57,185 bases of DNA, filler included, from Streblomastix strix (GCA_008636045.1; 3 parts of 3 records of this genome joined end to end with filler, not necessarily neighbours in it), one strand, 5' to 3'; shown: positions 41,390 through 54,095, counted from the first letter of the whole stretch. Made by a program: numbers and translations. The notes: generated by a model from the sequence alone, not told the origin.

Positions 41390-44160
41390 ATGGATCCATA
41401 CAATATTCGACAATAAGATCACGCCCATGATTTAAGTTTAAGTACTGTTACTATTATCAAACTCAGCTAAAACTTAATTAAGATTTATCCGCATTTCCTA
41501 AATCTGAAGCACTAAGAAGACTCAAATTTATGCTTAGTGCATTTCATATTGAACCAACAAACGATGTATAATTACTATCTTTACGAATTGATATTGCATG
41601 GTAAAACGCAGTATCTACTAAAAATTACCACCAAAAAAGTTTAAGAAAATAATGAACTATAAATATAAGAACTGTAATTGAAATAAAAGCTTATAAATTA
41701 AGAATAAAAAATTCAAAATGAGTTCAGAAAGAAGTTTATACTTAATAAAGTTAAAGAACTCGAATAATAAAACCAATCTTAGCTAATATAACTGGAATAG
41801 AATAATAAATAACTTTCACTACTTCGTAATATGCTTCAAGATGATAATGAATTGATAAAGTTTGAAACAAAGTATAAAGAAAAGGAAAAAGAAAAAGAAT
41901 ACAATAAATAGATAGAAATTGATGCTAAAAATAAAGCTGATTAGGAAATTGAAAAAATAGAAAAATAAAGATAAATAGATCAGTAGGATCAAAAATTTAA
42001 GGAAATTTATGAAGAGTTTAATAATATTGCTGATCAAAATTTAGCAATATTACGAACAATTGAAGAAGAAATATAATATGATATTGATATTTTTAAAGAT
42101 AGATAACTCAAATTAATTGACCATGATGATAATTATGACGCATTAATGTTAGCTGAACCCTAAAATTAAGAAAAGTTTTATTAAGTCTTAATTGAAGCAC
42201 ATCATTGAAAAGAAGAAGAATTTGCTATATTAATTACCAATGAGAAAGAGCCATCAGTACATTATTATCAAAACCACATCACATCAATTAAATATATTCA
42301 CATTAATTTTAGACGAGTATATGAATTAGAAAAATAAAGACATTTTAGAATTGCTTTTAATTTCGGTTTTATTGTACAAATTATGAATTACATTGATGAT
42401 TGAGAGTTAATAATCGAATATTCAACTGTATTCCCACGAAATAATCTATCTTCATTGAATATTAATTCAATCATTACTTCCGAATAAGATACAGAAAATT
42501 ACAAAAAATATTTATTAGCAAAAATTATTAATAATTAAGATTTTACATTAGAATCTACTAAGAAACGATATGTTGCTATATTTTCGACGGTTATTGCAGT
42601 TTATAGATTACCACCAGCTGGAAAAGGGTATCCAGAACTATAAAAATTCATCAAAAGAAAAGAAATTCATTGTATTGATTCACCATATTAAACTAATTGC
42701 TTAGCTGAAGCGTTAAGTTTCTTTACAATGTCAGATTCTAAAGATAAGCGTTATCATTACAATGAAAGAGTTGCTGAAGGAGTAAGATTAAAACTTTAAA
42801 TTCAATCAATTCTTGGAGACCAAATCAAAGGTAATTCAGCAATCTATAATGATATTAAATTATTCTTCAAAATCTTACTAAAGTTTTGATTTTACGGCAC
42901 ACGGATGATAAGTTGCCAAATTCTTTAAAATTAATTTCTGTATCAACACATATCGATAAAATAAGGAAGGTGATTCTTATTTTCTTGATTAAGTTATCAA
43001 AAATAAAGATATTAATTCTGAAACAGTTAATGAAGAAATGGATGAGAATTTAAAGGATGTTGTCTAAGAAACTTAAGAAGCTAAGTATTTTAATATTCTA
43101 ATGCTTAATTTCGAAAATTGGGTTCATATATTATACATATTAGATCCTGTAGCATTAACAGGATATCGTTACTGTCCGAATTGTAAAGAACATGCTGTTC
43201 CAGTCAAAAATAAGAGTTGCAATGCTGCATGAGATTTTGAAAGGCATGTTACAAGCTGTAAATTAAATAAAAGCAAATCAGTTGTTCTAGAACAATTATT
43301 AGCTCAATTTGCCCCACATATTTCTGGTAAAAATTATGAATATATATTGTCTCATGATTAATAAGATAAATTAAAACTAATTAGATATTATATTTCTTAT
43401 TATTTCGAAGCTTTCGATAAGTATATTAATAAAGAATTTGGTAAAATATCATATTAGCACTCAATATAATAACCGTTTTCAGTTGTTATGATAGTAGAAA
43501 CAAAAGAATCTTGGAAAACAAAGTACTTTGATATAAGATCTGGACCTAATTTCATTGAATAATTCATAGAAGAAGTATTAGAAGATGCTAAATTCTCAGA
43601 TCCTAATATTCCATATGAAATTCCAGTTCCAGTGTTAAGTTTTAATTTTTCTCATATAAAGTAAGTTATTATAATTCATAAAGAATCGCATATAAAAATA
43701 TAATTTCTTGATGCTGAATTATATGCAACTGTAATTAGTTTAATAAAGTTCCATTAAGACTTTGGTGGGGAGATAAGCAAGAATTGATAGAAATATTTCC
43801 ATATGAAGCAATAAATTCAGATAATTATTATGAAGTTTTATCAGAAACTGAACCATTTTCAATGTATGATTTCTACAGTTCTTTGGAGAGTAAAGGTATT
43901 TCAGTAAAATAATATGTTCCATATCTTGAAGATAGTGAAAATTTAATGAATAAATTGTAAAACTTACAGTTTTGAAATGTATAAAATACAAAAACAATGA
44001 TAAAACCAATAGATTTTCTTATAAACAAGTAATTCTTGCATGGAATTGATATGTTTAATTAAATTTCAATGACTAGTTGTGCAAATGCTGCAAAATATAA
44101 GAAAGCTTATGATGAATTTAAAATTGATGGAAATTATTAAATGAATGAAAGTAATGAAAA
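41390..44160 (+). pseudogene. Second, divergent pPolB relic (N-terminal and exonuclease regions only)
   Basis: ESTKKRYVAIFSTVIAVYRLPPAG, KRYHYNERVAEG, ALTGYRYCPNCK...FERHVTSC and IRYYISYYFEAF parallel the contig-1 PolB (DTKEKIVGIFSIMIQVIRLPHAG, KRYKEHLRIAEE, ALTGLKYCPICG). It stops before polymerase motifs B and C. Confidence 0.75.
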
Positions 44161-44458
44161 ATAATTAAATTTTTTAAAACAAATATTTAAATAAACACTA
44201 CATACATCAAAACTAATAATAAATTTATTTATTTTTTCAAATTTAATTTTAATTTTAAATTATTTTATATTTAGATAAGAACCTATTAGATTAATACTTA
44301 GAGATATTTATATAAAGTTGAAATTAAAATTTATTGAACTGTTTAGAGCATAATTAGACTATATAAGAAGAATAGAGGAGCTATTAAATGGTATTTAAAT
44401 TTGTTAATTAGAATATATATATATCCTGAGTTCAATTACATTTCATTTTATTTATTAT

Positions 44459-47400
44459 TTGGGGATGCCAAATTGCCCCAGGGGGTAAAGTGGGGCGGTG
44501 CAAACAAAAAAGTGGGGCAATGTGTGACTATTAGATTTTTTACAAATTTTGATTAAAAATTTAAAAAAATATATTTAATTTTAATTAATTTATTATAAAA
44601 ATGATTTATTTTTAATCAACATAATTTTAAGAAAAAAGCCCACAATTGAAATTTTGATTCAATGAGATTCAGTTACTATTATTTAATTAAATCTATAAAT
44701 TTTCAATATATATAATTATGTTCTATCAAATATTTTTACAAAACAATAATTTGAATAGTGACTTTGTGGATTATTTACATTTCTAAATTTTAAACTTTAT
44801 TATCAATTGAACAGACCATTGTATTGATCATTTCTAAATTTAATATTTAAAACGAATAATTTAATAATTTTAAATATTATATATCAATTAATTAACAAAA
44901 TTTTACTTATCATTAGGGCATTGAAGCTCGTGAAATTAAAAATTGCCTCAACTTTCTCGTTTACGAAATTTGAAATAGACCATTTATAGCAGTTTCAATT
45001 ATAGTTGTTAAAACGGTATGATTTAATTAATTTAAACTTAGTTTATTAATTTGTTGGAATTATTTTTTGTAATTTTTCTTTAATATTTTTATTTTAATTA
45101 GAATTTCCTTCTTTGAATTAAATCGTTTGTGAATAAGTAACAATTTCGCAGTGTTCATTATATAATAAATAAGAATTTAGTTAAATTGGACATTCTTGAG
45201 AAAGCTAATTAATGTTACTTACATTTTGATTTAATAATTACTCCAATTGAGATAACAATAATAATATATTTAAGTTTGGATGAATACTTGAATTTCTAAA
45301 TCATTAGATTTGAAGACTTTAAGAAGATTTTTATTGTATGAAAGGAAATAAACATATATAATATAATGATATTTGAGTATTTTATTATATTTAATGTTTT
45401 TTGTTGTTAAAATAAAAGAAATGAAAATATTATAAATATGAAATTTAACTTATATTTATGAGATGAATTAAAATTTCAAAATGTATTTAAAATCTATTTG
45501 ATATAATGTCTAATTTGCAAAATTTTCAGAAGGATCCGAGGATTAATAGATCCTCGTCTCCGTCCAATTAAGAATATAGATTCACCGATAATCCTTTCGC
45601 AGGAGGCCTCTGAAGCAACAGTTGCATGAAGTCATAATGCAAAGTCAGCACAATCCTTCTACACATCGGTTCCCCTTCTCCAACCTCCCCAGAATGACCT
45701 TTCTCCATCCTTTAGATGGGATTAATGGGGCGATTTATTATCTTTTGTCCACAATTTGTGGAATTCGTCAATCATTGACTATATTTCTTCTGCAGAATTT
45801 CTTATATATATCTTAGTAATTAATTCATTGACTTCTTCCTCAATTCTTTCCAAAGTTATTGCATATCTGATACCGTTTATAACATCTGTAGGAGTAACTA
45901 TTTTCAATAATTTAATCTCATCATCCAGATCATCTTCAGAATGTTTTTCCTTCTCATTATTCTATTAATCTTTTTCCATTTTACTTTAGTTGTGATCAAT
46001 CTTTTTTTCTATCTCTTTTAATTTGATTTCTACATCTTTCAATTCAAGATCTTCGTCATCTAACGATTAATCATCTACAAATTTGCTATCAACCAATTCA
46101 TCTTATTCATTTTCACTATCGTCTTTATCAAAAGTAGTTGTGCTACTTTCATCATCATCACTCTCTTCCTATGATTAAACTTGATGTATTGGATAAGATG
46201 TATCCCTTTAACCAGTCAAAATTGGATAGTTCTTTAGGTTTTTATCCTTTTAATCTATTTCAGTTGCAAGAAAAATGTCCAAATACATCAACTATAGACC
46301 AAATGTAGATAAAGAATAGGCACAAATAGCAACTTTGTCGTATATAATTTCATCTCTAATTTGTTGAACTATGTAACTTGTCACTTTCTTATCTTTATCA
46401 TTATCGATTACTTTGAATAGTTGGTCATACTACTTTATTGCTTACATTGCTAGAGGAATTTCTACACTTACGGACTTCATATTACTTTAAACACTAGTGA
46501 TGAAATGCAATATTGGTTGAATTAATCGAAATGATGCGATGAGAGGAGTAATGTCTATTTTGGTTTGATTCTCAATTTGTAATTTATGTTTAATTAGAAA
46601 ATTAATTATTGATGATAAACTTAACCACCTGTGCTTCATGTGATCAGGACACAGCATCGATTAATTTTCTCATATCTTTTTTTCTTAAAATCTTTCCCAA
46701 TTTATTTATTGATTTAATTCTCCTCGCCAATCTTCCATAAAGATTACTTGCATGTTTAATAATTAAATTTGCTTTATGAGCAAAGCAATGTGAGTAGAAT
46801 GACAAAACATTAGCTCCATGATAAATATAATGCGCAACTGTATCTTTTTCATATGAATTATTTAAATTTTCATTTAGTTCATCATTATTTTTCAAATCTT
46901 CATCACTTTCCTCCATCTCATCATCTCTTTACATTTATTATCTTCTTCCTTTCTATCTCTTTTAATTTTTATTCCGTTTTTGTTATATCAAATGCATTAA
47001 TTTATGCCTTAGCTCCGTCAGATACCCATGATGCAATCTGAACTTTATGCTTCATTAAGAAATTCCAAATTCTTGCTCCAAATTTCGCAAAATCTTCCTG
47101 ATTTGACATATTTTTATAAATTCTTAATGGAAATGGATTAAGTTAAATAACAAGATTATTCAAAAGAACAAATTCAAGGATTTTGTGTATTATTGTGCAT
47201 CCATCTACTGTCAATGAAACCATTTAATTGCATATTTATTCAAGAAGTAAGTTGCACTCAGTTACTCTATAAACTTTGATGAATTTTGAAATATTTTTGC
47301 TGTAAGAGGAGGAAATAATGATTAAAATGGAAATTCAGACTTATCTTTTCATTTATTAATCGCATCATAAACAAATTGATAAACTTAGTCACAAACAGCT

Positions 47401-48773
47401 GCTTTGAATGATGTATTGGTATCAACGACTGCTCTAATAAATGATTATTGCAGAGGTGTTGGAATAATTTTTTTCCTTTCTTTGTTTGCAATTTCTGTTT
47501 GATCAGAATTTTTTTACAATATTGTTTCTTTTTACTCATTTCTAGACTTCAAGGTAGGATTAAACTTCAGTTCCAGTTGAGTAAATTGTGGCTTACACTA
47601 ATGTTTTGCAAATGACTTAAACTTATTTTCTCTTTTGTTTACTCTGCATCAGCCTTCTAATGGAGAATATTTAATGCTACAAATTCTTCTTCTTTGCTTA
47701 TTCTATATTCCATTTTCATCAACAATATTATATTTTATGCATTTTAGTTATCCCTTGGATGCATCTTCTACATTTCCTATCCAATATTTAAGAATTGGAT
47801 GATAATATATTTTTCCTCCTTTCATATCTATAATATCAAAATAAAACTAAAATTAATCAAAAATATAAATAAATTTATATACTTTTCTCTTGAAATTTAT
47901 TTTTACTAGCTTATGTCATAATTTATTCAAATATCATTAATGATGGTTATAAAATCTTTGCTTTTGGAGCAATAACGACCTTATTTGAAGTTGAGTTCAT
48001 TGAACTTAACTAGAACAATAAGAAAAAATTAATTGTTTAAAAAAAATTAAATTTATTCTAAATATGCAAATCATTTTTGTATTGAATTTCATTTAAAAAT
48101 TCAAGTATTGCTATATAAAAAAGAATTCAATAATATTATTGAATAAATAGTTGTGAAAGTGTAGGTTTAATGAAAAAATTAAAAAATGCGTACATTTTAT
48201 CAGAAGTATGTTAAATATTAACAATAATATTCAAATATGCTAGCATACATTCATATAATTTAAATAATACATAGAAAACAGTATATTGAACAAAGAAATA
48301 TGGTGAAACAAGTAGGGAAAGTTTTTAATTGGGGGCATCAGTATTTAATTGGGGTCAAAATTTTAATTGGGGGCAGAATTTTTAATTGGGGGCAGCTGCC
48401 CCTTTTTATTTTTGTGGGAGCTATGGTCTATTATTCAAAAAATTAGTATATATAAAAGATTTAAAATTGTAATTAGCATAATTTTAAACAATTATGAAAT
48501 ATCATGTTGGATTTCTCGTCTTAATAAGAGCTTGCCCCACTTTGCCCCCAATTAAGTTATATTTTGAATTTGGAACATATATGACAATATTTAATTTTCA
48601 TATTTACTAATGTGAATAATAAAATACTTTTAATATATAATTAACAAAATTTATAGTAATTCTAAGAAAAAAATATTTTTATATTTATTTTTTGATTTTT
48701 TTAACAAAATGGGGCAAAAACAAAATCGGGGCAGGGCTTTTGAAGGTGATGCAGGCATTTCTGGAATCCTCAA
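44459..48773 (-). mobile_element. hAT-superfamily DNA transposon (~4.3 kb), decayed
   Basis: Imperfect 12-bp TIRs TTGGGGATGCCA (44459-44470) and TGGAATCCTCAA (48762-48773). 8-bp TSD TTTATTAT (44451-44458, 48774-48781). Clustered subterminal TGGGGC motifs at 44490-44520, 48320-48400, 48533-48550 and 48710-48735. Confidence 0.88.
45480..47825 (-). pseudogene. hAT transposase pseudogene (>=3 frameshifts, internal TGAs)
   Basis: ATG at 47825. Motifs VSLTVDG, WVSDGA, HCFAHKANL, HRWLS and C-terminal DFAL*LHATVASEASCERIIG. Confidence 0.82.
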
Positions 48774-49192
48774 TTTATTATCTAGTCATTTTGATTATAA
48801 CATGAGAGTCAGATACAGAAGATGGTAGAAAAGTGGAGATTATTGGTATTTGTAATGTCTTCCGAAAGAAGGCAAGCTCACCTTTTATTAGCACATAGGG
48901 CCAGCTAAGGGCCAGGCCGTTTTCATGAAGTGAATGACAGTTTTTAAATATGTACTGATTAAATAAAATGATTGAATAAAAAATAAAAGTAAATTAAACA
49001 ATAAAACTTGTATTGATTATTTCGGTTGTTATTCATTTTCTGCATTGTTTATTGACGCGCTTAATTCAATCCCAGCGGGGATACAGTTGCGTCTGGTTGA
49101 GCTTGTCGTTTCTCTAATTAGAAAAAATATGATAATTAAAAAACTTAAACGCCCACCTCGGGAGAGCAATATAGTTGATATTGTGGAGGGAG

Positions 49193-49287
49193 AAGGTGAG
49201 CTTGCCTTCTTTCGGAAGACATTACATAACCCTTACGGATTATGCTGTCTTCCCTTCAGAAGGCAAGCTCACCTTTTATTAGCACAT
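49193..49287 (+). repeat. DIRS internal complementary region (ICR)
   Basis: AAGGTGAGCTTGCCTTCTTTCGGAAGACATTACA|TAACCCTTACGGATTATGCTGTCTTCCC...GCACAT equals the element's 3' terminus fused to its 5' terminus, on the opposite strand. Confidence 0.92.
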
Positions 49288-49397
49288 TAAAGTAATTGAA
49301 AGAATAGTATATTTCGTTTATATATTATATTTTATTAATTTATTAATTGCATACCATTATATTATATTATTGATATATATATTTTTCTTTTTATATG

Positions 49398-49616
49398 GGA
49401 ATCATAATAATGGAGCTTCATCAAGCGTCCATTCTACGTCCCTTTATTAATTTTAATATTATGTTATCCTTAAGGAATCGTTATGATGGTGCTTCATCAA
49501 GCTTCCATCTTACATCCTTTTTGTAATTTATAAATTATATTTATCATATCCTTAAGGAACCCTTGTGGATGAGCTTCTTCAAGCATCTATCCTTACATCG
49601 TTTATTTAATTTTAAT
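49398..49616 (-). repeat. Three diverged ~80-bp units, each with a conserved hairpin, in the DIRS 3' region
   Basis: GCTTC(A/T)TCAAGC cores at 49415, 49491 and 49573, with different but complementary outer stems. Confidence 0.8.
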
Positions 49617-49644
49617 CATTTTAGTTCTTATTTTACATTTGTTC

Positions 49645-49806
49645 ACTTGTTTTTCTTTGTTGTTACCAACATTCGAAGAAAGATGAAATTGATCATGAGT
49701 GACGTCTCCATGACCCTCTCCATGATCTTATTAAGTTATTGATAGATCCAGAGGTTAACCCAGACCTTTTTAAGCATTGTTTGAAGAGAGCTTCTCCAAG
49801 TTCACC
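49645..49806 (-). pseudogene. N-terminal stub of the DIRS tyrosine-recombinase ORF3
   Basis: An alternative frame overlapping the pol end reads GELGEALFKQCLKRSGLTSGSINNLIRSWRGSWRRHS*SISSFL. No catalytic R-H-R-Y core follows. Confidence 0.5.
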
Positions 49807-51811
49807 CCTTGACCAGTGAAATCATTATCTTCCCCGGAGGAAGTTTCCACTACATCTTCTTCATTCTCGGTCCCGGAATCAGATTCTCCTCACTCTAGCC
49901 CAATGTTAAATTGATCATTGATATGTCTTTAAGTTGCGACCACCATGGTTGACTTGTCCACTGCGGTGTAATGAAAATAGCTGTTATTCGTTCTTTAATA
50001 ACCTTTTAAATGACTCGTGAAATTAACGGTATTGGAGGGTGGAGTAATGGAAGTTCTCCTTTCCAACTATAGAGGAGGCAATCTCATCCTAAAGCTCTAT
50101 TGTCGTTCTAAATTGAGTAGTACCTCTTGTGCTTAGCGTTACGTCTGCTCGCAAATGCATCTAGAGTAATTGATATATGCCATTACTGAAGTAATTTCAT
50201 TAAGACATCCGATTTGATTTGTTAGTCGCCCGCTCTCGCAAGCCTAGATAAAGCATCTGGTTCCTTGTTGTCCAGTCCTTTGATATGTTCTACTTTAATT
50301 AGCCATCCAATTTGTTCGATCATCGCTAATATCTTGTCTATTTGTTTATGAATTGAAAAAGTTGCTCTTTTTCTCATCAAACAGAAACATGCGGTGCGAT
50401 TGTCGCTCTATATCTTTAGACATTTAATGTTCATTGCTTGGAGAGTGGCTTCGAATCGTTTCAGTGCCAGATAAATTGCTGAAATCTCCCTTTGATTAGA
50501 CGTGGGTCTCTGGTAGTACCATCTTCCAAATATTCTAATTGGATCCATATTGTTGATTTGAAGCGTCGCTCCCCAGCCACTAAGAGCCGCATTTGATGTT
50601 ATCACTTCTTCCTATATCTATTATACTATTTTTCTGGGTTTGTTATAGTATATCTGAGTTATCCACCACTCCAATTCTGCTAGACACTTCGTTGTGAGAT
50701 ACACTTTACCATACCAGCCTTTAAGCTTAACTATTCTATTCATTTCTTTACTAATTTATTTGACTTGTAGAGCTCCTCGTTAGAATTGTACTGCGGTGTG
50801 AATGACTCTTCCAATCATACATGCTACTTGTTTTGCGGTTTACCGCTGATTCCTGTATATGTTATGTATCTATTACTTGAGGAAATACATTAAGGAACCA
50901 TTCTTATCCTTGAATAAGCTAATCTCCATTATTGATGCATTGATTTTCCATCCCAGAAAGATGAACTCTTAAGATGGGTTCAATCTTGATTTTTTCTCCG
51001 AAATTATCCAGCCTAGACTCTTCAGGAACTGAACAATGACTTAGATTTAATGTCTGAGATATTCTTTTGATTAATGAAGTACCAGGATATCGTCCGAATA
51101 ACTGATTATTTTCACTTCGCTCGTCTCTCTGATCTTTGCGATTGCTGATGTGAGTGTTTTTGAGAAGATTCTTGGGGCGATTGAAATGCCAAAGGGCATT
51201 CCAATATGAGTGTATGTCTTGTTTCCCACTGCAAATGCTAGATAAGGTTGTAGTTCGCTTGATACCTAGATATGATTATATCCGCTTTTAATATCGATGC
51301 TGCATGCCCAGTCTTCTTATTCTCCTAATGTAAGTAGGGACTGAATGTCTTCCATTTTGAATTTACTCGTGATCAGTTCCTTATTCAATGTTCTAGAATC
51401 CGTTATTCGCCTCAAAGAGCCATCCTGTTTTGGGATTATGTGTACTGGATTCCACAGTTAAACATTCTTATCTTCTATTTACCTAATTATACCAAGATGC
51501 AGTTCCTCTCGTATCATTTATTTCATTTAGCGCTACATGATCTTGTTACCTTAGAATACAATCTTTTTTCTTTTCGTACTCAATCGATTTTAACTCAGGG
51601 AGCCTTTCTATGTAGGAGAGCAACCAATTTGAATAGTTTTACCAGCATTTAACTGTTACCATTCTGGTAGAAAATTAATCAATCTCGCACCAATTTGATT
51701 ATTATCCAGTTTATTAACATTTCATATTTGTCACCCCAACGGATCTTCTTGAACTATCTCTTCACGTTATTGAATTGGTGTGGTAGGTTGCGCTTCTGGT
51801 GTGTCAATTAG
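49802..51811 (-). CDS. DIRS pol: reverse transcriptase - RNase H - DNA N6-adenine methyltransferase-like domain (point-decayed)
   Basis: IGARLINFLPEW; WNPVHIIPKQDG; SIDIKSGYNH; GMPFGISIAPRIF; YSDD (51089-51100); RNase H ITSNAALSGWG (catalytic D->N), SNQREI, SDN, NKEPDALSR; MTase LDAFAS...LHPPIP...QPWW. Terminal TGA at 49802. Internal TGAs at 51731, 51722 and 50084. Confidence 0.9.
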
Positions 51812-52975
51812 TCAAGCCTATTGCGGTTATGTACTTTACTACTACGTGTTTGCGAATCCTCTTCCTGTTCCTCCTCGACCACGCTTGCCAAATCCTCTAT
51901 AGAAAGTACCATATCCACGACCTGAAGGGAATATTGGTCTTTATTGATAGCCATAGTATCCACGCGGAGGATAGATGTTGTTTGAAGGTAGCATTGATGT
52001 CTACTATTATAGAAACTGCTGCTGTAGAGGGTTATAACCTTTTTGGTAGGCGCTACTAAATGGATTTATTAGACATGGGACGCTTCCAAGGTTCATTTCC
52101 AATTGCATTTCCTTCATATATCTATCAGCTTTCTGTATGGTTTCTTCTGAGAATACATGCGAAGGTAGGAAATTTCCCTGTGATACTGCTTTGAAGCCTG
52201 GAGGTGCATTGGAATCTTCACGAATTTTTGCCACAGCCTGTGCTGCAATCGATATCATTTTGTAAGCACGCGCACATTGCTCCTAGTTGGGTCGCGTTTC
52301 AATGGACTCTTGGATAGCCACTAGGAGTGTTTATTAAGCATCAGTGATGGCACAAAGTGCATCGGCGAACCACTCATTCTTTTCAATCGGCGATTTTGGA
52401 CCAGGACTTGCAACTGGCCATTTTCCTCGATACCTAAACTTGTGGAGATCTCTTGTAATTCCTATTCTGTCAGTGTATCCGAGAGGCTAGAACTATCTCA
52501 TGATTATTGCAAGTTCATCTGAAAGTATTTCAATGAGCTTCTGGTCGGTAGATTGGTGATTTTTCGGTGCGTCAGGTATTTCATCTTCACTCAGTTGTGT
52601 TTCGTTGTCACTTGATTCATTTGCAGTTATTATTTTCCCTTCACTAGATTTCATTGTTTTCATGGCAATACCAATCTTGCTGCTTTTGTTTTTCCGTTTT
52701 TTACGAACTGACGCTTCAGACAGCGGCTGGTCAGCCTATTTGAAGTCGTGGTCGACAATATGCTTCATTAGCACTCTCATTTTTGTATCAAAATCAGCAT
52801 TTCGTTCGTCAAATGTCAGATCATCGAATTTGGCAGCCTGTAGCACTTTTAGCCTTTCCTCGTCTGATAAAAGACTGACACGCCATCGTGTTACTGAATT
52901 TAAGTCGTTCATGTACTCATGTCCTGAACCTTGCTTTTGGGAAGTTTCGTGGTTAGCCGATGAGTCTGATATCAT
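51812..52975 (-). CDS. DIRS ORF1 (gag-like) with C-terminal RGG/Q-rich tail
   Basis: ATG at 52975 directly after the ITR. Open (TAR=Gln) for 387 codons to TGA 51812-51814, with YRGFGKRGRGGTGRG near the end. Confidence 0.8.
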
Positions 52976-53754
52976 ACACTTTATGAAAAACGGCCTGGCC
53001 TTTAGCTGGCCCTATGTGCTAATAAAAGGTGAGCTTGCCTTCTGGAGGGAAGACAGCATAATCCGTAAGGGTTATAAAATTACGAATTATAAATATGAAT
53101 TATAATTATAATTATATTTATGAATTACAATTTTTAATATGTTAATATTTTTAATTTGATTTTAATTATATCTTTACATAAGTTCATTAACTTTGTGTAA
53201 TATAATCAAACGGAGTGAGATCATTTGATAATAAAATAATAATTGATTTACTACCTGATCAACCTTATGATGTACATCAATTTAATCCAGCATTAGAAAA
53301 TTAGGGTATTTAATATTTATATATATTGAGTATTTATTAATTATATGTATTTAATAATAGACGATGTAAGATCTAATTATTATTTAATAATATATATTTA
53401 AATTAATTAACATAAAAGAGATGAGAGGTCAGGCTGTTTTATCGAAACCTGTTCGAGTAGATGCACTGAAACTCAAAGTATATTAATACATAAAATTTTA
53501 ATTTGCATTATATTCCATATTTATTTATTTATTTATTCATTAATTTATTTATTCATTTATTCATTAATTAATTTATTTTTTTATCAATAATTTATTTATT
53601 CATTTATTCATTAATTAATTTATTTTTTATCAATAATTTATTAATTAGAATAAACCTGCAACAATTGAACTACCAAGTTGTTTTACTCATCTTAATTTCT
53701 GCCTTATTTTCCTGATTGTATATAGAATACTTGTTTGATGATGATAAAATTAAA

Positions 53755-53945
53755 ATATAAATGGTAAATAATAATAATAATTTAAATAATCTAAGAATGC
53801 ATTTGATACATTACTTCTCTTAATATAAGAAACTCTTATTAAATTGAATAATAATAATAATAATTAAAATAATCTAATAATGCATTTGATATATCACTTC
53901 TCTCAATATAAGATACTCGAACTAAATTGAATAATAGTAATAATT
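53755..53945. repeat. Degenerate ~88-bp tandem duplication
   Basis: AATAATAATAATAATTTAAATAATCTAAGAATGCATTTGATA...CTTCTCT.AATATAAGA occurs twice, plus a partial third copy. Confidence 0.6.
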
Positions 53946-54095
53946 TAAGAAGTATTTTCTTAATATTTAAGTTATTTTAATTCACTTCATAATCAGTAAT
54001 AATCTTAATTGTTATATATTTATATTTAATAATTTTAATTCAATAAAATTCGCCCAAAATATTTTAATCGCCCGCCCAGCAAAAACTGTTCATGT

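Larger units (their letters stand above)
48851..53075 (-). mobile_element. DIRS-type retrotransposon with ITRs and ICR; tyrosine recombinase ORF truncated
   Basis: ~66-bp inverted terminal repeats (48867-48932 and 52977-53043) with non-identical outer ends, an internal complementary region at 49193-49287, a gag-like ORF and an RT-RNaseH-MTase ORF. Confidence 0.92.
44275..53717 (+). pseudogene. Possible multi-exon host gene or pseudogene whose introns host the hAT and DIRS insertions (candidate exons 44275-44390, 48786-48845, 53183-53305, ~53421-53477, ~53649-53717)
   Basis: AG/GT-bounded, phase-compatible segments read QEPIRLILRDIY...EELLN|VILIIT*ESDTEDGRKVEII|VHQLCVIQSNGVRSFDNKIIIDLLPDQPYDVHQFNPALENQ. 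No recognisable domain. Confidence 0.3.

Noticed and set aside
49398..49616. Hammerhead ribozyme or SECIS identity for the DIRS hairpins
   Set aside because: The CUGANGA/GAAA core and the AUGA-AA-GA quartet pattern are not properly present; kept only as unexplained structured repeats.
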